A stretch of 64,000 nt of DNA from a virus (taxonomy: Duplodnaviria > Caudoviricetes), in the IMG/VR virus record IMGVR_UViG_3300031277_000001, positions 1,466 to 65,465 of that record. The stretch is one strand, 5' to 3'. The notes below the pieces were generated by a model. That model was not told the DNA's origin, did no database searches, and was given only the letters and a program-made list of their open reading frames with translations. Position numbers and translations under genes: made by a program. Of this stretch, positions 17,193 to 26,979 are shown piece after piece (positions within the stretch are counted from its first letter, which is position 1; each line of letters opens with the position of its first letter).

Positions 17193-18980
17193 CTATGACT
17201 TCCTCAACTGATTGAGAAACTCCACGGCAGTCATCTTAGACAACTTGTCAATCTCTTCTTGAACTAACTCCTTCTTCCCATCCATTGAAGATGCTGGAGG
17301 CTTCTGAGAAGGAACTCCCGCGGCTTCCTTGATGTAGTAATCTATGACACTGTCGCTAGGAATTATCCTATCCGCCTGTGCGCAATACGTCTCGGACAAC
17401 ATGAAGTGGTCTGGATTACCAGATTCCCAAGAGTAGTAAGACTTCTCAGGATTGTTTTCATTCTCAATCAAAATCCTCGTGGAAGCTCCCATCTGAGAAC
17501 GATAACGCCCGCTCACGAGAACAGAGGACCCCTCAGGATTCATTATCATCAAGGAGTCAAATTGTGTCTTCAAATAATCAATAGATGACGTCCTGTCCTG
17601 CTTCACTATCTGATCTTCTCGATTGACGTTGAAATCGAGGAGTCCATGCTGGAACCTCGAAGCATAGACGTTCTTGAACTCATCGCGGAGAGAAGCTATG
17701 GAGTGTATCTCCGGATCAGCATCAATCACACACACCTTCGGCTGCCACTCCTTCAAGAGTTCTTTGAGAATACCAAAGGAAGGGATCTCCGTGGCCAGGA
17801 CGAGTCTCCTCCTAATGCAGTTCTGATTGTCCTTGATGCGTTCTCGTATCGTCACAGTAAGAACACCGCCTACATCAACCCCCATGAACAAGGGTCCCTT
17901 GATGTCTGTCTTCTCAATGGGATACCGATAAGGTACCTCAACTTTATTCAAGACCCCATCGGAGAATCGAGCACCTTCTGAGGAATATGGCAATCCCAAT
18001 CGCTGATTGATGAAGAACTGACGTTTCTGAGCATCGAAAAAAACCTCTATCCATTCATTAGCAAGCTCCCTCAAAGACACATAGGGGGTGATCACCGAGG
18101 GGATGAGTCTCCCTACCCACTCCTTATCCAAGAACTCCTCCACAAACTCACCCTTCTGAAATCTGTTGACCTTCTTCCCACACTTGGCACAGATCAACGC
18201 CGGTTCATCCGAATTACTACACTCTCTATCATAGAGTTCATAATTCTGAGGGCCTGTCTGCCGCATGACATTCTCAAAGAATCCAGGAACGAAGTAATAC
18301 CCGCAGTGCTCACACTTTATAAACCAACGTCCCTTCGTGGACGACTGTATCCTCTTATTTATTCCAAACCCCTCAATCGTAGGCGTCGAGATCTCCCTGT
18401 GAGCCTTGTATGACGAGTGAATCAAACGATCAGGAGCCATGAGAAGATTCTTCTGATTGCAACGATCCTTCTCATCAACATATATAGAGTCCATCGGCTT
18501 CTCGATGAACTCGTCCTCGACATTTGACCCCACATAAGCTATCTGGCCCTTCCCGAAGTGCTTGAGAGCAACACGAGACGTCCCGGCGGCATCATCTATC
18601 ATGCGCTGGTAGGCTGCTACGCGCCGAATCACAGGATCAATCCGTGAACTCACAAAGTGATCTCGGCCCTTGTACTTGGGAAGAACATACATGACGAGGA
18701 GTCCCAGTTCTCCTGCTTCATAGAAAGAACTCAATATGAACAACTCAGTGAGTCCTCGCTGAGCGGGCTTCTCAACAACGAACTTCTTGAACTTCAAGAA
18801 GTCACGATAGAGAGCAATCAAGTACGGAACATTCTTGAAGGACATGCGCTCTCCATGGATGTTCCTATGGTACTGGAGGGCCCAGTACAAGAGAGGAGCT
18901 TCCTTCTTGAACTGCTCCTTGAGATCCATCTCTTTCAAGTGTATCTGGTCAGCTAAGTTCTTGATAGGATCTTCAGACAT
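17193..18980 (-). CDS. terL: Terminase large subunit (GpA/SPO1-like)
   Basis: KPAQRGLTE Walker A variant, YVDEKD, ISTPT..G.GI, CxxC pairs, LGLPY, MGVDVG nuclease motif, DHF. Confidence 0.9.
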   Translation of the reverse strand: MSEDPIKNLADQIHLKEMDLKEQFKKEAPLLYWALQYHRNIHGERMSFKNVPYLIALYRDFLKFKKFVVEKPAQRGLTELFILSSFYEAGELGLLVMYVLPKYKGRDHFVSSRIDPVIRRVAAYQRMIDDAAGTSRVALKHFGKGQIAYVGSNVEDEFIEKPMDSIYVDEKDRCNQKNLLMAPDRLIHSSYKAHREISTPTIEGFGINKRIQSSTKGRWFIKCEHCGYYFVPGFFENVMRQTGPQNYELYDRECSNSDEPALICAKCGKKVNRFQKGEFVEEFLDKEWVGRLIPSVITPYVSLRELANEWIEVFFDAQKRQFFINQRLGLPYSSEGARFSDGVLNKVEVPYRYPIEKTDIKGPLFMGVDVGGVLTVTIRERIKDNQNCIRRRLVLATEIPSFGILKELLKEWQPKVCVIDADPEIHSIASLRDEFKNVYASRFQHGLLDFNVNREDQIVKQDRTSSIDYLKTQFDSLMIMNPEGSSVLVSGRYRSQMGASTRILIENENNPEKSYYSWESGNPDHFMLSETYCAQADRIIPSDSVIDYYIKEAAGVPSQKPPASSMDGKKELVQEEIDKLSKMTAVEFLNQLRKS

Positions 18981-19470
18981 CGGGACTGTCTTCCGCCGTC
19001 ACTTCATCAACTGTTGAGGCTTCCTTGAGCTGCTCTTCCGCAACCTTCGCCAACTGTCCCGGGGGGAGGAACTTGGAGAAGTACTCCTCAAGTCCCCTCC
19101 AAATCATAGGCACACCTTGTAACCGCGTCTCGTTCTTCAAGATGTGGTTGCGTGCGAAGATCCAGGCTTCAATTGCAATGTTGAGGCCAAAGACTCTCAC
19201 GACACTCCTGCCTATGTCAAAACTAGTCCTATCTATCTTTCCATACCTGAGCTGAAAGACAGAAGAAACAATCTTGCCTGCTACTTCCATGGGCAAGGGA
19301 TCTTCGGGAGGCAAACTGTTCACCTTCTTGAAGTCCCCAGTCGCCTTCTGTATCTCCTCAAAGATACTCCGAGACAACGAGTAGAGAGGCTGGAGTATCT
19401 CTTCAACCGCCTTCTGGACCTTCTTGAAGCGCTTCTCGGCTTGAACTTCCTGTCTCTTCTTGTTGGACAT
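18973..19470 (-). CDS. Hypothetical protein in the terminase operon
   Basis: 165 aa ORF between the terS candidate and terL. Confidence 0.7.
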   Translation of the reverse strand: MSNKKRQEVQAEKRFKKVQKAVEEILQPLYSLSRSIFEEIQKATGDFKKVNSLPPEDPLPMEVAGKIVSSVFQLRYGKIDRTSFDIGRSVVRVFGLNIAIEAWIFARNHILKNETRLQGVPMIWRGLEEYFSKFLPPGQLAKVAEEQLKEASTVDEVTAEDSPDV

Positions 19471-20125
19471 CTTGTCCTACCTTTCTCATGGACGCTCCCT
19501 TGACTACCTGCTCAAGCAAGGATATCTCATCCAGTCGTTCTCTTAACTGATCAACATCAATAGAAGCCTCCACCTTGGTAACAGCCTTCTCCCCCGCAGA
19601 ACTTGATGAGGACTCCGCGGTGACCCTCAAGTTGAAGTTTCCATCAATGTCCATCCCCAAGATCTTCATAATCATCTTCCCCATCGCATCAAAGTTCTTG
19701 TCTGTCACAGGGAGGTCGAGCATCTCATACAACTTCTGGAAACATCTCTCTTCCAAGAGCTTCATGCGCTCCATGACCAAGAGGTTGTGCTTCTTCCTTA
19801 TGATGATGTAATATCTGAGAATCTTAGGGTTTCTCTTCCACGCCTCTATAGTAGAAGAAGCTACATGAAAGATGTCTGCCCACTGCTTGTTTGATCGAAA
19901 CTCCGTTGCCCAACGGAAGGCGAAGTTCTTGTACTTCTCGGGAAGGAGAGGTAGTTGTGGATCACTCTGCGAGTAAACCTCTGCAAAGATCTTAGACATC
20001 CTCTCACGAAAGACAGTCACGGACTCCTTGATAGCAGAACCGTCATCCTTGTCAGGCTCTGGGGGGGTGTCCAAAATAGTCAAATCTTTGAATTCTTGAT
20101 TGTTTTCTCTAAGATCATCATCCAT
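19403..20125 (-). CDS. Putative terminase small subunit (HTH)
   Basis: HTH-like SNKQWADIFHVASSTIEAWKRNP; position upstream of terL. Confidence 0.6.
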   Translation of the reverse strand: MDDDLRENNQEFKDLTILDTPPEPDKDDGSAIKESVTVFRERMSKIFAEVYSQSDPQLPLLPEKYKNFAFRWATEFRSNKQWADIFHVASSTIEAWKRNPKILRYYIIIRKKHNLLVMERMKLLEERCFQKLYEMLDLPVTDKNFDAMGKMIMKILGMDIDGNFNLRVTAESSSSSAGEKAVTKVEASIDVDQLRERLDEISLLEQVVKGASMRKVGQDVQQEETGSSSREALQEGPEGG

Positions 20126-20389
20126 CTACACGTCCTGGAGTTCAAGTAATTTCAAAAAGCGCTTCACCTTGGCTGGGGAGAGATGAATGCGCCCCTCTTG
20201 TACAACATCATCAACCGTCACAGAAACAACTAACTCAGAAGGAAGAACAACATCACCTGCGTCCTTCGTCAAGGACTTCCGCACCGTGATCTCTATCTCT
20301 CCTCGAAGATCTATCGTCCGTGGAGGCTTCTCAATCGAAGAGGAAGCGGGGTCTAAGACGTAATCATCAAACTCTTCTTCGTGACTCAT
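20126..20389 (-). CDS. Hypothetical protein (87 aa)
   Basis: ATG 20389 with ggaggtgagg SD. Confidence 0.65.
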   Translation of the reverse strand: MSHEEEFDDYVLDPASSSIEKPPRTIDLRGEIEITVRKSLTKDAGDVVLPSELVVSVTVDDVVQEGRIHLSPAKVKRFLKLLELQDV

Positions 20390-20532
20390 CCTCACCTCCC
20401 AAAAGAATAGAAGTAGGTCGCATGGAGGAATCTCCCGGTGATTTCTTCCCTTTCGGGCTTTGTCCCGAGAGACATGCGAAGAGGGTGCTTCTGTTCCAGC
20501 ATACAACACCATTCACCTGGAACACCCCACGG

Positions 20533-20570
20533 ACACTACTTCTACTCAAACACACTACTTCTACTCAAAC
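20533..20570. repeat. Perfect 19-bp tandem duplication
   Basis: acactacttctactcaaac at 20533-20551 and 20552-20570. Confidence 0.9.
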
Positions 20571-21030
20571 GCTCGAAGACGTCCCACTCCAGAATCACAA
20601 CGGGCTTCTTGAAGGACTTCCTCTTGTGAACCACAATCCAGTCAGTACTGTCTACTTTGTTACTCTGAGCCTGCCTGATAGCATCCACCAAAGAAAGAGA
20701 CTCCGTAGACTTGCTCTCGATAGAAAAGGGGAACCTCAAGAGAGCTTCACCTCTCAAAATGATATCCACTCCAGATTGCCCCATCTCTCGAGAATGGATC
20801 AAGCACTGATCATCAGACTGATCATAAGGAACACCTATTATCTGAGAGATCCTTCTACATATCCACTGCTGAAGATCTCTCCCCTTCCCCTTCGCACTAC
20901 TCGTCTTGATAGGTTTCAGAGCACGTACTAACTTTTTCTTCGCGGAATCATAAGCAGGAGATTCCCCTATATAAGAAGGAAGGTTATTAAGAAGAGCTCG
21001 AATTTCCTTGCCTTCAAACGACACGGTCAT
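20542..21030 (-). CDS. Holliday junction resolvase (PD-(D/E)XK)
   Basis: SAKGKGRDLQQW, MGQSGVDI, FPFSIESK, QAQSN. Confidence 0.8.
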   Translation of the reverse strand: MTVSFEGKEIRALLNNLPSYIGESPAYDSAKKKLVRALKPIKTSSAKGKGRDLQQWICRRISQIIGVPYDQSDDQCLIHSREMGQSGVDIILRGEALLRFPFSIESKSTESLSLVDAIRQAQSNKVDSTDWIVVHKRKSFKKPVVILEWDVFERLSRSSVFE

Positions 21031-21232
21031 GACTTCTCCCTTCAAGAAACATCTCGGAGAACATGTTTATACCCAGGAAGGCAAAGTAGTTCATAGCCCT
21101 GGACTCCTTGCTACCCTTACCTCTAAGGGCTACAATAGCTTCGACAGGGGAATCCTTTTCTGCAACCCTACTCAGAAAAGACAACCACGTCTTGTAGAGG
21201 AGATTCCTATCAACACGAAACTCATCCATCAT
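21014..21232 (-). CDS. Hypothetical protein (72 aa)
   Basis: ATGA overlap with the recA stop. Confidence 0.55.
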   Translation of the reverse strand: MMDEFRVDRNLLYKTWLSFLSRVAEKDSPVEAIVALRGKGSKESRAMNYFAFLGINMFSEMFLEGRSHDRVV

Positions 21233-22422
21233 CCGTATCTTCGCGGTCTCACGGTCTTGATGGCAGATTCTATTTCTTCCCACTTTGCCCTCACGCGATC
21301 TCGGAGTTCTTCCTGCTTGGAGTTGTTCTCTATCCACGTTATCAAGTCCTCTCTCTTCATTGCAACTCCGAACGTCTTCTCGAAGTCTTCTCGCATCTCC
21401 ACATCTTTGACGATCCACTCAGTTAGACCTTTGACTCCAGCAAGATTAGTATACGTTTTTTTGGCTTCTCTGTAAAGATCTTCCTTGCCCTTCGACTTGA
21501 TGAATTCAACAAGAACTTTCGGAGTAATCTCCTCTCCAGGAGACCAACGAAGAGCTGCAGAGGAAGAAGACAACTCACCTGTCTCGGTACGAAGATCAAA
21601 CAAGAAGTCCACGTTGGACCCTACGTTGTCAAGTCCATAGTCGAAGATGAGAGGAAAGTAACAAGAACGAAAGGGCCGAGGCGTCTTGGACTTCTTCGTC
21701 TTGGCCTTGACCACCTCTCCCACGGGCCTCCCTTTCTTGATGATATTATGGGCTTTGTAAAGCCACAAGCAAGTGTGCGCATAGAAGTTGAGAGCTTTAC
21801 CCCCCGCTCGCGTCTGCGTGTTGAACATCGAACCGATATCATCACGAGTCTGGGAAATGACCACCAAGAGAATGTTCTTCTGCTCGACAAGACCCGTGAG
21901 GTTCTTGAAGAACTCCTGTGAGAGGAACTTGGCGGATTCCATCTGGTAAGAGCCCTGCTCAAACTTCTTGTCCTTCTGGTACGCCGAGAATCTCTTGTCA
22001 CCTCGCTCCTGAATCTGTCTTGACGAAAGACCATCGAGGGTGTCGAGGATATAAATCCCCTTCTCATCCGCCTTGAGAGATTCCGCAAACTCCCGGACAT
22101 GACAATACCACTCCTCCACCGTCTCAGACTTCACACGATCTTCTTCATCAGGCAAGACCTTGAATCCATAGAGCTGCTCGGTATCAAAGGTGAACCCAGA
22201 CTCGGCATCATCGTACACCCACTTCAGCTTGTCCTTGAAACAGTGGTACGCCGCAGCCACGAGCTCACAAGCCAAGAACGTCTTCCCTGAGGAGGAGTCA
22301 CCCACTAAGTTGATGATCCTTCCTATAGGATAGCCATACCGGAGTCCTCCACCAACAACGAGGTCAAGGAGATCACAACCCGTGGAAAACGATCCTCTCT
22401 CCTTCTCTTGCATCAACATCAT
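21229..22422 (-). CDS. recA: RecA/UvsX-like recombinase
   Basis: STG...LD...GGG, P.GRII.L.GDSSSGKT, DAE, ISQTRD.IG, GGKALNFYA. Confidence 0.9.
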   Translation of the reverse strand: MMLMQEKERGSFSTGCDLLDLVVGGGLRYGYPIGRIINLVGDSSSGKTFLACELVAAAYHCFKDKLKWVYDDAESGFTFDTEQLYGFKVLPDEEDRVKSETVEEWYCHVREFAESLKADEKGIYILDTLDGLSSRQIQERGDKRFSAYQKDKKFEQGSYQMESAKFLSQEFFKNLTGLVEQKNILLVVISQTRDDIGSMFNTQTRAGGKALNFYAHTCLWLYKAHNIIKKGRPVGEVVKAKTKKSKTPRPFRSCYFPLIFDYGLDNVGSNVDFLFDLRTETGELSSSSAALRWSPGEEITPKVLVEFIKSKGKEDLYREAKKTYTNLAGVKGLTEWIVKDVEMREDFEKTFGVAMKREDLITWIENNSKQEELRDRVRAKWEEIESAIKTVRPRRYG

Positions 22423-22811
22423 GATAACGGGATCCTCCTGTTCTTCTCAACCGCTGCAAGATAAGAAGACTCACGAACATATATCTTCTTCACGGCGTCG
22501 CACCGCATGACTTCTAGACGCCACTTCTTGATGCGAATGTACACCGAGCTCAAATTCACCTTGTACTTCACAGCAAGAGCACCCACAGAGATCCATCCCG
22601 GAGGAGGCTGCACGGCTTCTTGCATGATGTACTCTCCAAGAAGTCGACGATCGAACCACCAGTGGTAGCCATCGGGGTGCTTGGACATGAACCCCATCCT
22701 GAGTCCTTGATAGTAGAGCATGGTGGAAGAAATACTCTTCCCCATCCTCTTGCAATATCTGAGGGCCTCGGAGGTAGTCAGGTGATCCTTGAGATCTAAG
22801 TTGTCCTTCAC
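22419..22811 (-). CDS. Putative tandem-HTH DNA-binding protein
   Basis: LTTSEA...W.F and WISVGALAVKYKVNLSSVY.RIK excisionase-like HTH patterns. Confidence 0.55.
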   Translation of the reverse strand: MKDNLDLKDHLTTSEALRYCKRMGKSISSTMLYYQGLRMGFMSKHPDGYHWWFDRRLLGEYIMQEAVQPPPGWISVGALAVKYKVNLSSVYIRIKKWRLEVMRCDAVKKIYVRESSYLAAVEKNRRIPLS

Positions 22812-23824
22812 TCCTTCTCCTTCTTAATCTTGCGATAGGCGTCCTCGCACTTGTCCCAGACTTTGCACCTGGCACACTCCTTCTTGCGGTCCCAGTCCTC
22901 CCCGAAGACGTAATCAAAAGGGCACACATCCTCTCTCCGCGGGTCTTCTGATTTCTTCTCATCATCCCCATCACGATGACGGCGGTGCTCAGAGTCGTCC
23001 TCTTCCCGATCTCTCCGGGAGAGCCTCTCATCTCTGTCAGTGTCACGAGAAGAAGAGCGAGAACGAGTCTCTTCATCGCCATCACCCTGACCATAGAGAG
23101 CTGCTTGCATCTCGTCATAAGTCATGACCTTCATGATCTCGTCCAACGAGATGCTCCTCTTCTCAATCAAGTTGTCGAGTTCTTTGGCAGTGATGTCATC
23201 CTCGCGGTCCTCAAAGGAGAAGGACTTGAACTCCAGGAACTCCACTCTCTCGATGGACGTAGTAGCACCGCGGAAGCGCACGATCTTTCCTCTCTCGATT
23301 CCGGCGTAGTCCACCATGCCACGCTCTCCACCGGCAGCGATGGCTTCTTCTACCAACTCCTTCTCGAAGAGGTAGTGAGAAGTAGAAAAGATCATGAGCC
23401 CTTTCTCGACGTCTCGGGCGTCAAGAACATTGTATATCACGCGGCGGCTGGGTTTGAGAGCCTTGTACTCCTTCTCCATTCCCTTCGCCTTGTACTCCTC
23501 GGCCTGCTCGCAAACAGGACACGCCTTCAAGTAGTTCTTCTTCAGACAGACCATGTCCATTTCACCTGCTCCCACCCTCTGGTGGACCCAGACGTCCATG
23601 ACACAATCAATCTCTCCTATCTCATACTTGCCCTGCGCCACCATGGGGTGCTTCTTGGTCTTGATGGTGTAAGGGACGATGATGATCCTGTTCGTTGCCT
23701 CGCGTGGCTTGTAGAACTTGGTGTCTGTGGGGAAGTTAAAGATCTGCCCTCCTCCACCGGAGTCCTTGGTCTTCTGAGCCTCAGCGTACCTCTTTTGCAA
23801 ACCACTTCTTCTCGTCTCACTCAT
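22808..23824 (-). CDS. Phage gp32-like ssDNA-binding protein
   Basis: FYKP....NRI.IVPY, VHQ, C...CPVCE, LKP.RR..YNVLD; charged linker; between UvsY-like and recA. Confidence 0.75.
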   Translation of the reverse strand: MSETRRSGLQKRYAEAQKTKDSGGGGQIFNFPTDTKFYKPREATNRIIIVPYTIKTKKHPMVAQGKYEIGEIDCVMDVWVHQRVGAGEMDMVCLKKNYLKACPVCEQAEEYKAKGMEKEYKALKPSRRVIYNVLDARDVEKGLMIFSTSHYLFEKELVEEAIAAGGERGMVDYAGIERGKIVRFRGATTSIERVEFLEFKSFSFEDREDDITAKELDNLIEKRSISLDEIMKVMTYDEMQAALYGQGDGDEETRSRSSSRDTDRDERLSRRDREEDDSEHRRHRDGDDEKKSEDPRREDVCPFDYVFGEDWDRKKECARCKVWDKCEDAYRKIKKEKE

Positions 23825-24327
23825 GATTCTTTCTCCTCTCCTAACCTATGTAATTTCTTGCGTGCATCTTCCTGTGCCGCATCTCTTCCTGTTCTCACGT
23901 GGCCTGTGTCGATCATGTAGTAGCCCTTAGACCACAAGACGGTCAAGTTGTCCAGCATGGACTTCCTGTGCCCCAAAGAACCCACCACAGCATCAGCCCG
24001 AAGTCTGTTCTTCTTGGCCTCCCTCAGTTTGTCCTTAGCCGCAATGACTCGATCGTGAGCTTCAACCAAGGCCTTGATAGAAGCGTCAGTCACCTTCACG
24101 TCATCGGGAGGATCACGACGAAAAGATAACTCCACTTCTGCTTTGATCTTCGCCAGGAAGTCCTCAGCCTCACTCTCACTATCCTTCGCCGCAGCTTGGA
24201 TCTCAGAATAGTACAAATACAAGGACGACTGACTCTCACACTCTTCATCAAGCTTGTACTTGTTGATCCTACAGTCCCTTCTTGCACTGTCCAAAGAATC
24301 AACTACCTGCTTGTCACTTTCATCCAT
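23821..24327 (-). CDS. UvsY-like recombination mediator
   Basis: Helical protein INKYKLDEE...LY.YY...K.TDA.IK.....RKSML.NL adjacent to SSB and recA. Confidence 0.65.
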   Translation of the reverse strand: MDESDKQVVDSLDSARRDCRINKYKLDEECESQSSLYLYYSEIQAAAKDSESEAEDFLAKIKAEVELSFRRDPPDDVKVTDASIKALVEAHDRVIAAKDKLREAKKNRLRADAVVGSLGHRKSMLDNLTVLWSKGYYMIDTGHVRTGRDAAQEDARKKLHRLGEEKES

Positions 24328-24345
24328 ACTCTATCCTTTCATATT

Positions 24346-24378
24346 GTTATTGGTCTTCATACCACTGAGTTCATAAAC
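24346..24378 (-). promoter_or_regulatory. Phage-specific promoter motif, copy 2
   Basis: TTTATGAAC-13 nt-GACCAATAA upstream of the UvsY-like gene. Confidence 0.55.
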
Positions 24379-25234
24379 TTTTGTACCCCTCAAAGGCTGT
24401 CCAGACGTCGTTCATGTACGAAGAGTGACTCGGAGAATACTCTGCGAAGAACGACTGGTAGGACTCAAAAGACTTCCCTCCCTTGTAGTACATACTAGGG
24501 AAGTACTCCCCTGCAACATAGGCTGCGGCTATCCACCTCAGGTCACCATTGAACTCCGCACTGAGCACCAGATAGAGACGAAACCAGCCCTCCGTCATCA
24601 TCTCAATATCATTCTCCCAACCCTGACAATAACGAGAGCCAAACAAGGACTTCGCCGTGAATGGCATGAACTGGTACAACCCCACCGCTCCCACCGAGGA
24701 CACAGCAGAAGGAACAAACCAGCTCTCGCACCTCATGAAAGCCATGGGCAACCAGGGATCCACCATGTACTGCTCAGAGTACCTGAATATGGCGCGGAGG
24801 AGTCTGTCTATCTGGTCGTTAGTCAGACGCTTCTCCTTGGGTATACTGTTCTTGTGCTCGTCATAGAAGTCAAGGATAGACTTCTTGCCCTTGAGATAAA
24901 AGATCTCCATCCTCTGAGAATAAGAAGGAGACTCCTTCCTGACCAAGGCACTGATAGTGTACAATCCTTCCCTCTGCTCTTTGAGAACGCCACTGTTGTA
25001 CTGGAGCAACTGCATCACAGCATAGACTGCCGCTCCTGCAATAAGCATCGCCAGGAACAACAAAAGAATGATCTGGAAGTTCTTCTTCTTGATCATTCCA
25101 TCACGGTAGCGAACCCTATCCTGCGTCGTCTTAAGAAGTAACGACAACTGGGCGGCGTCCATCTCCGACTTTGAGTATTCAAGAAGATCACTTGAAGAAG
25201 GGCCCCTCCCTTGAAGAGATCTCGGTTCTTCCAT
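24371..25234 (-). CDS. Membrane-anchored lytic transglycosylase (SLT domain)
   Basis: N-terminal TM; VDP....A....ES.F.PSAVS.VGA.GL.QFMP.TA; AAAY. Confidence 0.85.
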   Translation of the reverse strand: MEEPRSLQGRGPSSSDLLEYSKSEMDAAQLSLLLKTTQDRVRYRDGMIKKKNFQIILLLFLAMLIAGAAVYAVMQLLQYNSGVLKEQREGLYTISALVRKESPSYSQRMEIFYLKGKKSILDFYDEHKNSIPKEKRLTNDQIDRLLRAIFRYSEQYMVDPWLPMAFMRCESWFVPSAVSSVGAVGLYQFMPFTAKSLFGSRYCQGWENDIEMMTEGWFRLYLVLSAEFNGDLRWIAAAYVAGEYFPSMYYKGGKSFESYQSFFAEYSPSHSSYMNDVWTAFEGYKSL

Positions 25235-25240
25235 ACTACA

Positions 25241-26179
25241 CTATCCTCCTATAGTCATTGCATTGTAACAAGCCAGAGACACACCGGCTTTCCCTGAGTC
25301 GTAGAACGGCTGGGAGAAGACATCAATAACAAGGGCTGCACGATTGTTCACCTTGCCTTGCAACAAGGCAGAAGTAAAGTATCCAAGGATCTGGTGTCGC
25401 AAGGCCTCCCAGTCAGAAGATTCCTCGAACACTTTCTTCAACTTGTCGCATACGTCTCCCCAAGTACCATCTTTCTTGATCATGGCTCGACAGAGCTCCA
25501 AGACATACTCACTCCCTTCCTCGGAAGTAGCAGACCCTGATCTCAAGATCTTCAAAGCAGCGTCAAGTTCGAGAAACATGACCTTCTCCATGGCTACCAG
25601 CGCCATGCGAGGCGATCCTTGACTCACATCTATTATCTCTTCAATCACGGAATCAACTAGTTCAACCTTCTCCTCTTTGCCCACGCGCTTGAGGAGGACA
25701 GAGATGTATCTCGACTCAAGAGAAGAAAAGAGGACTTCTGTACATCTCGATCTCAAAGGCTTGATCAACTTCTCAGGATTCGTGGTGCACAGAAAAAAGT
25801 AGCAGTGACTGGGAGTGTCTTCAAGAGGCTTCAACATGGCGTTCTGAAAGTCCTTTGAAGTCATGTGAACTTCGTCTATGATCCACACCCAATACTTCCC
25901 ATCAAAGGGATACGCACGCATCTGATCAATGATCTTCCTCGCCGTCTCGATACCCCTGTTGTTGGCGGAGTTCACCTCAATCAGCGAGAGATCCTCCACA
26001 CCCAGTCTCTTGGCGAAGATTCTAGCGGCGGTCGTCTTTCCACACCCCGCGGGACCCGTGAAGAGATAGACGTGAGGTCTCTCCTCATTCTTCAAGGTGT
26101 CATCCAACATCTGGACAGTCTCACGATTGCCCAGGAGTTCATCGAAGTCCTTAGGTCGATACTTCTGATACAACGACAT
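25241..26179 (-). CDS. dnaX: DNA polymerase III gamma/tau-like clamp loader
   Basis: LYQKYRPKDFDEL.G, YLFTGPAGCGKTT.AR, IIDEVHM, NAMLKPLE, TTNPEK, RSRC. Confidence 0.9.
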   Translation of the reverse strand: MSLYQKYRPKDFDELLGNRETVQMLDDTLKNEERPHVYLFTGPAGCGKTTAARIFAKRLGVEDLSLIEVNSANNRGIETARKIIDQMRAYPFDGKYWVWIIDEVHMTSKDFQNAMLKPLEDTPSHCYFFLCTTNPEKLIKPLRSRCTEVLFSSLESRYISVLLKRVGKEEKVELVDSVIEEIIDVSQGSPRMALVAMEKVMFLELDAALKILRSGSATSEEGSEYVLELCRAMIKKDGTWGDVCDKLKKVFEESSDWEALRHQILGYFTSALLQGKVNNRAALVIDVFSQPFYDSGKAGVSLACYNAMTIGG

Positions 26180-26379
26180 TACTTCCTCCTATTCTTACTA
26201 ATTCTCTTCGGAATCTCTATGAGGATCTCCAGGTAGTCAATAGACCTTGTACTATCCGCAAGGAGAGCTTTGTTCCTCTTCGTGTAATCCCATATTCTAC
26301 GAAGAAAGAAGCGAGCCAATGAGTACATCACATAATTCCATATTCTCGATACAACAAATAGACTATAGTGATAGCTCAT
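26179..26379 (-). CDS. Hypothetical protein
   Basis: ATG 26379 with ggaggag SD; overlaps neighbours. Confidence 0.45.
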   Translation of the reverse strand: MSYHYSLFVVSRIWNYVMYSLARFFLRRIWDYTKRNKALLADSTRSIDYLEILIEIPKRISKNRRK

Positions 26380-26600
26380 GTCTTCTCCTCCACAATCCTC
26401 GACACCCACAAGGGCTCTCCCTCTACTTCGAGAAAGAAGACCACGCGCGTCAGCTTGATGCTCTTAGTAATATTCGTATTCATCAACTGCACCTTGTCTA
26501 CATACTCCAAGGCCTTCTTAGAAAGCTCCTCCTTCATCTCAAGACCAAACCGATTGAGAGAAGCATCAAGGGGGATCTCCTTACCATTCTTATCTATCAT
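26376..26600 (-). CDS. Hypothetical protein
   Basis: MIDKNGKEIPL... tightly packed. Confidence 0.55.
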   Translation of the reverse strand: MIDKNGKEIPLDASLNRFGLEMKEELSKKALEYVDKVQLMNTNITKSIKLTRVVFFLEVEGEPLWVSRIVEEKT

Positions 26601-26817
26601 CAACGGACTCCCATATGTTATCAACAGCAATCTTCTGCTTCTCAGTCACATGATGATTCTTGTCGATCCAGTCGCGGATTCCCTGGAGAGTATCGTCGGC
26701 GAAGGAGTACTTCTCATCGAGAAGCATCTCATCACACTTGTCCAAATACTCCAACCAGTCAGATTCACTACTGTCATGCTCTTCCCGAGCATCCTCAAGA
26801 CGACGAAGTCTCTTCAT
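26590..26817 (-). CDS. Hypothetical protein
   Basis: MKRLRRLED... ATGA overlap. Confidence 0.55.
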   Translation of the reverse strand: MKRLRRLEDAREEHDSSESDWLEYLDKCDEMLLDEKYSFADDTLQGIRDWIDKNHHVTEKQKIAVDNIWESVDDR

Positions 26818-26978
26818 ACTTCCAAGGATCTCCTCCAAGCATCGGACTTTCTCTTCAACTCATCAAGAACATCATGAACGTCTTCGTCCTCATCAACATC
26901 TGCTACGAGTTCAACACGAATGTTCTCGTAATTCCCTGTGTTGTAGGTCTTGAAAAAAATAACCTGCTTGATTCGCAT
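26814..26978 (-). CDS. Hypothetical protein (54 aa)
   Basis: Manual translation MRIKQVIFFKTYNTGNYENIRVEL... immediately after the pol stop. Confidence 0.55.
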   Translation of the reverse strand: MRIKQVIFFKTYNTGNYENIRVELVADVDEDEDVHDVLDELKRKSDAWRRSLEV

Positions 26979-26979
26979 A

